In this document: one piece after another, positions 29,173 through 38,619 of the stretch
Numbering within the stretch: the first letter of the stretch is position 1
Layout of the letters: the number at the start of each line of letters is the position of its first letter
From: an uncultured Oscillibacter sp.
GTDB taxonomy: Bacteria; Bacillota; Clostridia; Oscillospirales; Oscillospiraceae
DNA length: 64,000 nt
Direction of reading: 5' to 3'
Assembly (NCBI GenBank): GCA_947382875.1
Contig: CANDBG010000004.1
Location: 7,067-71,066 of the forward strand
Program-made: the position numbers and the translations under genes
Notes under the pieces: generated by a model
The model's input: only the letters and a program-made list of their open reading frames with translations
What the model was told of the DNA's origin: nothing
Databases searched by the model: none

Positions 29173-30549
29173 GTGCGTAAGCTGAGAGAACACTTGAAAA
29201 AATGGCTTCCTCTTTTTAGCGCGCTGCCGTTTTTCATTGGAGCGACGGGTTATGCTCTGGCGGGGGAACGGCTGCTGGACGCATTCTACTTCAGCTTCAG
29301 CCTGTATTTTGTGAATCTGGCTGCAGATGCCTCCAACCCCTTAATAGAGGCGGCCCGCTGGGGCGCGGCCCTGGTGACTACGACTGCGGTGCTGTACGCC
29401 CTGAAACGGGTCTGGACCCACATTCAGGGGCTTACGCTGTACCTCCACCCGGACAGTGTGGCGGTCTACTGCGACGGCGAAGAACGGGTCGTTTTTCCCG
29501 ACCGGCGGTCCGGTGTTCTCTACCCGGGCCGGACGTTCCGTTCCGGCGCCAAATCCCACATCATCCTTTTGGAAACCGATGCGGACAGTCTGGGGTTCTA
29601 TGAAGAACATCGGGAACTCCTGGAAAAACGCCGGGTTTACATCGCCCTTCGGGAACTGGACCGGGGCTTTCTCCGAGATGAGCCCGGCGTCGTTTTCCAC
29701 GACATTGACGGCACCATTGCCCGTCTGCTCTGGAAGTCCATCCGGCTCTGGAGGAGGGAAACGGACCAATTTACCATCGCCATCTGGGGCGGCGGCCACC
29801 TGGGACAAACCATCCTGAATTATGGCCTGCTGCTGAATCTGTTTTCCCTGAACCAGAAAATCGATTATCATTTGACCGGCGATACCACGCTGTATCAAAT
29901 CAATCATGCCCTTTTCCATACGGAAAATGGTGATGCGGTTTCCTTCCACGACGCGGACAGCGCCGACGCCTGGGAGTCCGTCCGGCGGGCGGATATCGTG
30001 ATTCTGGCGGAGGAAGCTCCGGCGGAACGCCTGCAAGCCCTGCGCATCGCCTGTCGGGACGGCGCTGTATACTATTACGCCCCCAAAGAGGGCGACACGG
30101 GAAGCTATTTGAAGTTTCCGCAGCTGTTTCCCTTCGGCGCGGACCGGGAGATCTATCAGGATACGTACATCCGGGGTGAAACGCTGCTTCAAGCGGCCAA
30201 AAAACAGCACTATGATTATATAAGCGCACAAGCATCCGCCACGGAAAGCGCAGACGCCGCATGGCGTAAGCTGGACGGCTTTATTCAGTGGTCCAACATC
30301 TCCTCCGTGGACTTCCAGGAGGTTCTCCGGGACCTCCCGGGGCTGGATTTGGAGGTTCTGGCAGAGCTGGAACACATCCGCTGGTGCCGCTTCCACACCT
30401 TGAACGGGTGGCGCAGGGGTACCCCGGCAAACGGCGAAAACCGGGACGTGGACAAAAAAATTCACAAATGCCTGTGTCCTTTCCGGGATTTGCCTCCGGC
30501 GGAGAAAGAAAAAGATCGGGTCATCGTCCGCAGGGCGCTGGATGCCTGA
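29173..30549 (+). CDS. membrane protein: 2TM channel-like N-terminus, RCK/TrkA-like Rossmann region, RyR domain
   Basis: TM-LLDAFYFSF-TM; IAIWGGGHLG; WRKL..SN..LAELEHIRW..GWRRG..HKCLCPF..KEKD; TAAGGAGG RBS. Confidence 0.75.
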   Translation: MRKLREHLKKWLPLFSALPFFIGATGYALAGERLLDAFYFSFSLYFVNLAADASNPLIEAARWGAALVTTTAVLYALKRVWTHIQGLTLYLHPDSVAVYCDGEERVVFPDRRSGVLYPGRTFRSGAKSHIILLETDADSLGFYEEHRELLEKRRVYIALRELDRGFLRDEPGVVFHDIDGTIARLLWKSIRLWRRETDQFTIAIWGGGHLGQTILNYGLLLNLFSLNQKIDYHLTGDTTLYQINHALFHTENGDAVSFHDADSADAWESVRRADIVILAEEAPAERLQALRIACRDGAVYYYAPKEGDTGSYLKFPQLFPFGADREIYQDTYIRGETLLQAAKKQHYDYISAQASATESADAAWRKLDGFIQWSNISSVDFQEVLRDLPGLDLEVLAELEHIRWCRFHTLNGWRRGTPANGENRDVDKKIHKCLCPFRDLPPAEKEKDRVIVRRALDA

Positions 30550-30572
30550 ATTCCATCAAAAACGCCTTGCTC

Positions 30573-30625
30573 AAACAGTCAAGCGCATGGACGGAATTGC
30601 TCTCCGTTCATGCGCTTGGTTGTTT
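30573..30625. terminator. bidirectional terminator closing the operon
   Basis: CAAGCGCATGGACGGA/TCCGTTCATGCGCTTG stem. Confidence 0.75.
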
Positions 30626-30639
30626 GGCGTATTCCGGGT

Positions 30640-30861
30640 TCAATCCCCGGACCCCTCCTGTTTGGCTTTGTAGTACAACATACAATGGCAGTAGCCCTCA
30701 AAATTGGGGTCGTCCATCTGACGGCGGAATTCCTCACAGATGCATTTGGTGTCCTCTGACCGCTCCAGCCGGCAGGGACAATATCCGCCGGTACGCTTCA
30801 GACCCTCCCGTACGGTCGCCACAACTTCCGCGTTTGGGTTCAGGGTAATGATTGGTTTCAT
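30640..30861 (-). CDS. ferredoxin-thioredoxin reductase catalytic-subunit-like protein
   Basis: GYCPCR, CIC, YCHCMLY; AGGAGG RBS. Confidence 0.85.
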   Translation of the reverse strand: MKPIITLNPNAEVVATVREGLKRTGGYCPCRLERSEDTKCICEEFRRQMDDPNFEGYCHCMLYYKAKQEGSGD

Positions 30862-31072
30862 GCAAAACGCCTCCTTTTGATGTTTTTCATTTTATCAGAA
30901 AATCACTTTGACGTATGTGACTGCATCACAGAACCGCCTGTATAACCCGATGGGCCGTCTTTTCAATTTGACGCTTGCGCCGAAAGCCCAAATCTGGTAA
31001 ACTATATGCAGCTGTGCGGGACCGTAAGACAAAACGCCGCACCGGAATGAATGATGGAAAGGATGTGCCAAT

Positions 31073-32149
31073 ATGAAATACCCAACTATTCTTACCGCAA
31101 AACGATTCGGCTCGCTTGCTCTGTGCCTCGCAGCGCTTCTGAGCCTTCTGGCCGTCAGCGTTTCCGCCCTGGAGCCTTCCGCCGTCACCGTGGAACTGCG
31201 TCCAAGCGTCACGATCCTTGTGGACGGCACGGAACGTACTTTTTTTGATGTCAAAGGGAACGAAGTACATACCATTTATTATAACGGCACCCACTACCTG
31301 CCGGTCCGGGCCATTGGCGAGCTGATGGGCAAAAACGTCAACTGGGACGGCACGACAAAAACCATCTCCCTCACCAGCCCGCGCACCGCCGCTCCCACAA
31401 CTGGAACTGTCGACTCCAACGCCAGGGACGCCTCTATTTCCGTGGAGCTGCGCCCGGATATTCGTATTACGGTCGACGGAACCCTCCGCAGCTTCACCGA
31501 CGCCAAGGGCAATGCTGTCCATCCCCTTCTGAACAACGGCACAAATTACCTGCCGGTTCGGGCCATCGGGGAACTGATGGGCAAAACGGTCAGCTGGAAC
31601 GGCCAGACCCGTACCATCTCTCTTACCGGAAACGATCCCGTCGTCACGGACGCCGACACCTTTGGTCCCTCTGACACCGCCACGCCGCCCGCCTCCGGCT
31701 CCCTGATCGGCGAAGAAGCCGCCAAGGCCGCTGCCCTCGCTCACGCAAAGCTCACTGCCGCACAAGTGACCTTTGTCCAGTGTAAGCTGGACTGGGAAGA
31801 CGGACGGCAGGTCTATGAGATTGAATTCTACACGGCGAATTCCGACGAATATGACTATGAAATCGACGCTCTGACCGGCGCCGTGGTCAGCGTGGATTAC
31901 GACGCCGAGAGTCCCGTCCCGCCGGCCGGAACCAATTCCGCTTACATCGGTACTGACCGTGCAAAAGCCATTGCACTGGCCCGCGTCCCCGGCGCGGCTG
32001 ACAACAACGTACGGAAAGTCAAGCTGGACGAGGACGACGAACGCTGGGAATATGAGGTGGAAATTATTTATAACGGCAGGGAATATGAATTTGAAATCGA
32101 CGCCTTGACCGGCGATGTGCTCAAGTCTGAATCGGAAGTCCTGGATTAA
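31073..32149 (+). CDS. secreted protein with two copper-amine-oxidase-like N-terminal domains and two PepSY domains
   Basis: Signal peptide; duplicated YLPVRAIGELMGK.V.W.G; duplicated YEIEF..YEIDALTG. Confidence 0.85.
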   Translation: MKYPTILTAKRFGSLALCLAALLSLLAVSVSALEPSAVTVELRPSVTILVDGTERTFFDVKGNEVHTIYYNGTHYLPVRAIGELMGKNVNWDGTTKTISLTSPRTAAPTTGTVDSNARDASISVELRPDIRITVDGTLRSFTDAKGNAVHPLLNNGTNYLPVRAIGELMGKTVSWNGQTRTISLTGNDPVVTDADTFGPSDTATPPASGSLIGEEAAKAAALAHAKLTAAQVTFVQCKLDWEDGRQVYEIEFYTANSDEYDYEIDALTGAVVSVDYDAESPVPPAGTNSAYIGTDRAKAIALARVPGAADNNVRKVKLDEDDERWEYEVEIIYNGREYEFEIDALTGDVLKSESEVLD

Positions 32150-32259
32150 ATCACCCGCACCGAGCGCCGGCCTGGGAAACGCCCGGGCCGGAACCCTTTC
32201 TGCTGAAAACCTGACTCCGCTGCTCCAATACGCCAACGAACTCAAACGAACTGGGGGGA

Positions 32260-35202
32260 ATGATCATGCGCCGTAAAAAGCTGCTGGGTATTGCCGTGGT
32301 TTTTGCTGTCCTGGCCGTTGTTCTGACCAGTTCCGGTCTTTTTTATTCCCGCTTCGCCTCTCAGCAAATCTATCAGGAAAGCGTCAGCCATTTGGAAGAA
32401 ATTTATACCCAGATCAACGGCGCGTTCCGTTCGACCATCTCCAAAAACTGGAGGCTTCTTCAAAGCTGGGAGCCGTATGTCTCCGCCACAGCTGCCTCAC
32501 ATCCTGCGGAATTTGCCCACTTTATCCGGAAACAGCGGGATGCATGGCATTTTACCGCGTTCTATTTCCTGGCGGAAAATGGAAGCTTCATCACTGCCCA
32601 GGGAAAAACCGGTTCGCTGAATCTGGGCGACTCCTTAGAGCAGTTGATGACCGAACGGGAAAACGTCGTTATCGACACCTCTTTCTCAAACGCCGAACGC
32701 GTCACGATTTTTGCCATCCCGCTTGGCCCCGGGCGCTACCGGGATTTCGAATATTCCGCCGTGGCCATCAGCTTCAACTCCAGCGACATGACCAAGGCGT
32801 TGAGCATCGACGCTTTTTCCGGTCAAAACCGCTGCTACATCACCCGCACGGACGGGCATATTCTCTTTTCCTCCCACTGCGATGACCAGCAGCCTTATAA
32901 TTTTCTGTCATATCTCCGAAATAATGCGGAGTTCTCCGGGAGCAGCATCGATCTGGTCTCCCAGGACTGGAAAGAGGGAAACCGACAGGCCGCAGTTTGC
33001 AGGCTGAATGACGTATGGCATTACCTTTCCTATCAACCGGTAGGCTTTTCCGGGTGGATGATGGTCAATATTGTACCGGTTCATGTGGTAAATGCCAGCA
33101 TCAATCGGTTCACCTTCGTTACCCTGGCCGTTATGATCCTGTTCTTCGGCCTGATTGCCCTGTGTATTGTCATCTTTTTCGTCCTGACGGCACACCGTCA
33201 GATTTTGGAAAAAAATCAGGAAATCAATTCCCGGGAAAAGCTCTTCGACCTCCTGACCGACCACACCGACGATATCTTTGTCCTGTTCTCGCCGAAGGAT
33301 TACACAGCAGAATACGTCAGCCCAAACCTGGAACGGGTCCTCGGCCTGAAAGCCGCGGATATTCAAAAGGACGTGCGCTGTCTGCTGTTCCAGGAACTGT
33401 GTCAGCCTGATTCGGAACAACAGCCGGCGCTTTCCGCAGAAGCGCTCCGTTCCGTGTCCCCCGGCGAGCTGTGGACCCGGGAACGGGAAATGATTCATGT
33501 CAAAACCCAGGAGCTGCGCTGGTTCAAGGAACTGCTTTATCACTGCTCTTCCGAAAAAAAGGGGCAGTTTATCCTCATGCTCGCCGACCGCACCAAGGAA
33601 CGACAGATGACCGAAATGCTTGCCGACGCGCTGGACGCCGCCAAAAATGCCAACGAAGCGAAAAGCAATTTTCTTGCCAGTATGTCCCATGATATCCGTA
33701 CGCCGATGAATGCGATTGTCGGTTTTTCCGTCCTCCTGGGCAAGGATGCCGAAAACCCGGACAAAGTTCGGGAGCATACCCGGAAGATCGCATCTTCCAG
33801 TCAGCATCTCCTGAGCCTGATTAACGACATCCTGGACATGAGCAAAATCGAAAGCGGCAAAACATCCCTCAATCTGGCGGAATTCAGCCTTCCGGAGCTG
33901 ATTGACGAGCTTTACACCATGATGCTCCCGCAGGCGCGGGCCAAGGGACAGCGTTTGGACCTCTATACCAGGGGACGTCTGCCGGAAATGCTTCTAGGCG
34001 ACAAGCTGCGCTTGAATCAAGTGCTGATTAACCTGCTTTCCAACGCCGTGAAATATACTCAGGAAAACGGGCGGATTGCCCTGACTGTCGAGAGGCTTCC
34101 GCATGGCACGGAAAACGCTGTGCGGCTGCGCTTTACTGTAGCCGATAATGGCTTTGGTATGAGCGAGGCGTTTGTGAGCACCATCTTCGCTCCCTTTTCC
34201 CGGGAAATTACCGATTCCACCCGGGAAATACAGGGGACCGGTCTGGGAATGGCAATCACGAAAAATATCGTGGATCTCATGGGTGGAACGATTACCGTAG
34301 ACAGCCGCTTACAGCACGGCAGCACCTTTACCATTGAACTGGAATTTACTGCCGCCGGGGCTCCGCAGGACGCCGCCTTCTGGCAGCGGCACGGTATTTT
34401 CCGTATGCTGGTGCTGGACGGCGAGGAGGAAGCTGGACAAAATATTCAAACCTCCATGGAGGGAACTGACGTAGTCGTTTTTTGCACCGCAAGCAGCACA
34501 GAGGCTGTTGCGTGCATCTCCGCCGCCCACGCGCGGGGGGACGACTTTCATATTCTTCTTTTGGACTGGAATACATCCGGAACGGACAGCCTGCAAATCG
34601 TCCGGCAGCTTCGCCGGAAGCTGGGAACGGATGCGCCTCTTTTTGTGCTGGCCGCCTACGACCTGGAGGACGTCCGGGAAGCGGCGCAAAACGCGGGCGT
34701 GGATACGCTTCTGGCAAAACCCTTTTTCTTATCCAGTTTCCAGCGGGCTGTGGCTCGTCTGCTGGACGGAGAGTCCGCTTCTGCGGAACCTGAACAGAAA
34801 GAAATTTCCCTGGCAGGCTTACGGGTTCTGGCGGCGGAGGATAATGAAATCAATGCCGAAATCCTGGTACAGCTATTGGAAATGGAAGGCATTCAATGCG
34901 AACTTGTCCGAAACGGCAAGGAACTCGCAGACCGTTTTCTCCGCGCCGCTCCAGGGGAATTTGATGCGATTTTTATGGATATCCAAATGCCTGTAATGGA
35001 TGGCTATGAGGCCACCCGTATCATTCGGGCCAGCGGACACCCGGAGGCGCAAACCATTCCCATCATTGCCATGACCGCTAACGCTTTTGAGGAGGATGTC
35101 CAGACGGCCCTGGCCGCAGGAATGAGCGCGCATACGGCCAAGCCGATTGACATGGGAAAGCTCAAAAACACCATTGCCCGGCTTCGAAACCACCAGGTAT
35201 AA
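32260..35202 (+). CDS. hybrid sensor histidine kinase/response regulator (2 TM, PAS, HisKA, HATPase, 2 REC)
   Basis: SHDIRTPMN, NLLSNAVKYT, GTGLG, FMDIQMP. Confidence 0.95.
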   Translation: MIMRRKKLLGIAVVFAVLAVVLTSSGLFYSRFASQQIYQESVSHLEEIYTQINGAFRSTISKNWRLLQSWEPYVSATAASHPAEFAHFIRKQRDAWHFTAFYFLAENGSFITAQGKTGSLNLGDSLEQLMTERENVVIDTSFSNAERVTIFAIPLGPGRYRDFEYSAVAISFNSSDMTKALSIDAFSGQNRCYITRTDGHILFSSHCDDQQPYNFLSYLRNNAEFSGSSIDLVSQDWKEGNRQAAVCRLNDVWHYLSYQPVGFSGWMMVNIVPVHVVNASINRFTFVTLAVMILFFGLIALCIVIFFVLTAHRQILEKNQEINSREKLFDLLTDHTDDIFVLFSPKDYTAEYVSPNLERVLGLKAADIQKDVRCLLFQELCQPDSEQQPALSAEALRSVSPGELWTREREMIHVKTQELRWFKELLYHCSSEKKGQFILMLADRTKERQMTEMLADALDAAKNANEAKSNFLASMSHDIRTPMNAIVGFSVLLGKDAENPDKVREHTRKIASSSQHLLSLINDILDMSKIESGKTSLNLAEFSLPELIDELYTMMLPQARAKGQRLDLYTRGRLPEMLLGDKLRLNQVLINLLSNAVKYTQENGRIALTVERLPHGTENAVRLRFTVADNGFGMSEAFVSTIFAPFSREITDSTREIQGTGLGMAITKNIVDLMGGTITVDSRLQHGSTFTIELEFTAAGAPQDAAFWQRHGIFRMLVLDGEEEAGQNIQTSMEGTDVVVFCTASSTEAVACISAAHARGDDFHILLLDWNTSGTDSLQIVRQLRRKLGTDAPLFVLAAYDLEDVREAAQNAGVDTLLAKPFFLSSFQRAVARLLDGESASAEPEQKEISLAGLRVLAAEDNEINAEILVQLLEMEGIQCELVRNGKELADRFLRAAPGEFDAIFMDIQMPVMDGYEATRIIRASGHPEAQTIPIIAMTANAFEEDVQTALAAGMSAHTAKPIDMGKLKNTIARLRNHQV

Positions 35203-35275
35203 ACCGCCCCGTTTTGCCGAAAGAGACATTTGTGCGGCGGAAGGAAGGGGATTTTAGAAAAAGTGAAAAAAACCC

Positions 35276-35304
35276 TTGCTTTTTGGCGGCGGGCCTGTTA
35301 AAAT
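35276..35304 (+). promoter_or_regulatory. sigma-A promoter of rpsT
   Basis: TTGCTT-N17-TAAAAT with TGn extension and A-rich UP element. Confidence 0.7.
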
Positions 35305-35365
35305 GTAGGTCTGTACGGTGAGGTGTATCCTTGCCAATTTGAGTATGCCAAAGGAGGTGTTTGGT

Positions 35366-35629
35366 TTGCCGAATATTAAGTCTGCCAAGAAGCGCGTTTT
35401 GATCGGAAAGGCCCGCAATGCCCGCAACAAGGCTGCGAAGTCTGACCTCAAGACCGCGATCAAGAAGTTTGAAGCCGCCGCCGCAGAGGGCAATCGCACC
35501 GAGACCGATGGCGCTTACAAGGTTGCGGTGAAGAAGGTCGATCAGGCTGTTGCGAAGGGCATTCTGCACAAAAACGCGGCCGCTCACAAAAAGAGCGCCA
35601 TGACCCTGAAGCTCAACCGGCTCGGTTAA
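35366..35629 (+). CDS. rpsT: 30S ribosomal protein S20
   Basis: PNIKSAKKR...KGILHKNAAA; AAGGAGGT RBS with TTG start. Confidence 0.97.
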   Translation: MPNIKSAKKRVLIGKARNARNKAAKSDLKTAIKKFEAAAAEGNRTETDGAYKVAVKKVDQAVAKGILHKNAAAHKKSAMTLKLNRLG

Positions 35630-35696
35630 GTCCGGCGGGCGGGGCGCTGCATCTGTTTCCCCGTCCAAGGGCGTTTTGACGAGACTCCCGTCAGGC

Positions 35697-35730
35697 CAAA
35701 AGGGCATCCGTGCGGATGTCCTTTTTGTTT
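35697..35730 (+). terminator. intrinsic terminator
   Basis: AAAAGGGCATCCG/CGGATGTCCTTTT. Confidence 0.75.
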
Positions 35731-35782
35731 TACCATTTGCTTCGTGAACATGATAAAAAGATGAAACTAGGAGGAACGAAGG

Positions 35783-36441
35783 ATGGGCAGCGAAAAGGAT
35801 TTTGTGATTTGCAACGGTGAGCTGGTCGGGTACAACGGCCTTGGCGGGGATGTTGTGATCCCGGAGGGCTTCACAAAAATCAGTGATGAGGCTTTTAAGT
35901 TCTGGGTGGACTTGACGAGTGTATCCATCCCGGCAGGCGTCGCGGCAATCGGCGAGGATGCTTTCGCTTTCTGCAAGGGACTGACCAGCGTAACCATCCC
36001 GGAGAGCGTCACGAAAATCGACAAAGGGGCTTTTTCGTTCTGCGCGGGTCTGAAGCGTGTGACCATCCCAAAGGGAATCAAAGAACTGAGCAAGTCCGCG
36101 TTTTACTTCAGCGGTCCGGTGGTGATTGTGCCCCCTGTCCCCATCGGCAATTTTTCGACGAAGAGCAGACCAGGCGCGGTCTGTGGGTTCGCGAGGCTGT
36201 ATATGGAAAAAGCGGAGATCGACAAGGAAATCCGGGCCGAATACCTCAAATAGATCAAAGGCCAGAAGAAAAAACTCTATCCCTTTGCCATCGAACACGA
36301 GGAACTTTTACAATTGATGTTTGCGGAAAAATTCATTTCAAAAAGGACATCGGCCTGCTCATGGACGAAGCCGACAGGCAGCGCAGCTACGCCGCCAAAG
36401 CCGCGATCATGCAGTATAACCACGAGAATTTCCAGAAGTAG
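35783..36441 (+). pseudogene. BspA-type leucine-rich repeat protein, disrupted
   Basis: LTSVTIPESVTKIDKGAF repeats; in-frame TAG at 36251 and a frameshift near 36340 with protein-like continuation. Confidence 0.65.
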
Positions 36442-36510
36442 ACCGTAGCAGACGCGGAACGTTCGCCGTTCCGAAAATTTCAATGTTTCTTCCAGAAAAG
36501 GAGGCCGTTT

Positions 36511-37293
36511 ATGCCAATTTTTGACACCCATGCCCATTACGATTCCAACGCGTTCCAAGCCGACCGGGAGGTGGTTTTGTCGGCCCTGCCCGCCGCCGGA
36601 ACAGGGCTGGTGGTGGACCCCGGATGCGACGTGGAAAGCTCCCGGACCGCCCTGACCCTGGCGGAAGCCTTTCCTCATGTTTACGCCGCCGCCGGCATTC
36701 ACCCCTCCGACTGCGCCGGCGCGGGCGAGGCGGAATTTGCCGCCCTCCGGACGCTGTGCGGACACGAAAAGGTGGTGGCCGTCGGAGAGATCGGCCTGGA
36801 TTACTATTGGAAGGACAACCCTCCCAGGGAATTCCAGCAAAAGGTCTTCCGCCGTCAGATTGAGCTGGCCCTGGAATTGGATTTGCCGGTGATTGTCCAC
36901 GACCGGGAAGCTCACGGCGATTCCCTGGCGATTGTGCTGGAGTACCCGGAACTGCGGGGCGTGTTTCACTGCTTTTCGGGCAGTCCGGAGATGGCCGCCG
37001 AGCTGCTGAAACACGGCTGGTATCTGGGCTTCGACGGCCCAATTACGTATAAAAACGCGCAAAAAGCCCCCGAGGTGGCTGCCGTGACGCCTCTGGACCG
37101 GATGGTCGTCGAGACGGATGCGCCGTACCTGACGCCAGAGCCCTTCCGGGGCAGGCGCAACGACAGCCGGAAGTTATCGTATGTACTGGAAAAGCTGGCG
37201 GAGTGGAAGGGGGTTTCCGTGGAGGAGATGACGCGGATTACCTGGGAAAACGGACTTCGGCTGTTTCCGAAAATCAAAAGTCGGGAGGAATAA
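36511..37293 (+). CDS. tatD: TatD family DNase
   Basis: DTHAH, GEIGLDYY, HCFSG, ETDAPYL. Confidence 0.95.
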   Translation: MPIFDTHAHYDSNAFQADREVVLSALPAAGTGLVVDPGCDVESSRTALTLAEAFPHVYAAAGIHPSDCAGAGEAEFAALRTLCGHEKVVAVGEIGLDYYWKDNPPREFQQKVFRRQIELALELDLPVIVHDREAHGDSLAIVLEYPELRGVFHCFSGSPEMAAELLKHGWYLGFDGPITYKNAQKAPEVAAVTPLDRMVVETDAPYLTPEPFRGRRNDSRKLSYVLEKLAEWKGVSVEEMTRITWENGLRLFPKIKSREE

Positions 37294-37296
37294 ACG

Positions 37297-37824
37297 ATGC
37301 CGTTTGAAGGATTCGATTTTACCGGCTTCTGGGTCAAAAGCCGGTACGCAGAAGAAACTTACACCTGCGGTCCGCTGACGCCCTCCGGCCTGGCGGAAAC
37401 GGAAAAAGCGTTAGGGTATAAGCTCCCGGCGTCTTACGTCTGGCTGATGGAACGTCATAACGGCGGCGTACCGGTCCGCTGTGCGTTTCCGACAAGCGCC
37501 CCCTCCAACTGGGCGGAGGACCACATTGCAATTGAAGGGATTTTTGGCATTGGCCCAAATGCAAAGCATTCCGTCGTTACGGAAACCCGGCTGATGGTGG
37601 ACGAATGGCAATATCCGGCGCTTGGCGTCGCCATTTGCGACTGTCCCACAGCAGGCCATCAGGAGGTTTTCCTGGATTACCGTGCGTGCGGACCCGAAGG
37701 AGAACCGAAGGTTGTTTACGTCGACCAGGAGGACGATTATTCCATTCTTCCTCTGGCGGACAATTTTGAGGAATTCATACGGGGCTTGGTCGGCAGCGAA
37801 GTCTACGAGGAAGACGAGGATTGA
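37297..37824 (+). CDS. SMI1/KNR4 immunity-like protein
   Basis: EKALGYKLPASY..HNGG, LDYRACGPEGEPKV, LADNFEEF. Confidence 0.9.
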   Translation: MPFEGFDFTGFWVKSRYAEETYTCGPLTPSGLAETEKALGYKLPASYVWLMERHNGGVPVRCAFPTSAPSNWAEDHIAIEGIFGIGPNAKHSVVTETRLMVDEWQYPALGVAICDCPTAGHQEVFLDYRACGPEGEPKVVYVDQEDDYSILPLADNFEEFIRGLVGSEVYEEDED

Positions 37825-37859
37825 TTCTTCCTGTTAAATGCATAATAAAGGAGGAGCGT

Positions 37860-38594
37860 ATGATGGAAATATCCCTGGAAAAGTTTCTGGACTGTCCCTG
37901 CACGCGGTTCGAGCCGATGAAGGCGTCCGGACTGCTTGCAAATGGCACACAAACCATCATGAAGTCCTATCGGGCGGCCCGTGTCCGCGGTGCAAAAGAG
38001 GGGTTCATACCACTTCTTCTGCCCGCCAAAGACGAGAACTTTTTAGAGTCCCTCACGTGGGAGGAGTACAACCCGCCGGAAGAATTCCGCAGAAAAATGC
38101 TGGAGGGTCCCGTTCTGGACGGCAAGGCGTTTTTGACCCGGCAGCATGAGGATGCATTCGATGACCCGGGTTACATGGACGAGATTACCGGCCCCATGGA
38201 GGGCGGCGAGGCGTCTGACGAATTTATCGGCATCCTGGACTATGGACGCCCCCGAAAAACCATTCCGCTGCTTCTGGCAGAGATTCCCGTAAAGAACCCC
38301 TGGGAGGTTTTTGCATGGATTCCCTTCGGAAGCTGGAATGCGTGCCCGGCCCCGGAAGAGCATATGGCGGCGGCAAAATACTGGTACGAGAAATACGGCG
38401 CGGCGCCCGCCGTGATGACCATGGATGTTCTGGAATTCAGCGTCCCGGCCCCGGTGAAGCGTGAGGAGGCTATGGCTCTGGCCTGGGAACAGACCGCGTA
38501 TTGCCCGGATATCGTGGAGCAGGGCTGTGGAACTGTGGGAAGATTGGCGGACTGCCTCGCCAAATCCACAACATGGTTTTTCTGGTGGGACTGA
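37860..38594 (+). CDS. DUF4253 domain protein
   Basis: WNACP, WYEKYGA, YCPDIVEQG, C-terminal WFFWWD. Confidence 0.85.
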   Translation: MMEISLEKFLDCPCTRFEPMKASGLLANGTQTIMKSYRAARVRGAKEGFIPLLLPAKDENFLESLTWEEYNPPEEFRRKMLEGPVLDGKAFLTRQHEDAFDDPGYMDEITGPMEGGEASDEFIGILDYGRPRKTIPLLLAEIPVKNPWEVFAWIPFGSWNACPAPEEHMAAAKYWYEKYGAAPAVMTMDVLEFSVPAPVKREEAMALAWEQTAYCPDIVEQGCGTVGRLADCLAKSTTWFFWWD

Positions 38595-38619
38595 TCTCAG
38601 ACGCGCAGGAGGAAGGCGA

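Noticed and set aside
26450-30549. Calling the operon Thoeris or CBASS
   Set aside because: No SIR2/SLOG or Macro ThsA and no CD-NTase motifs seen
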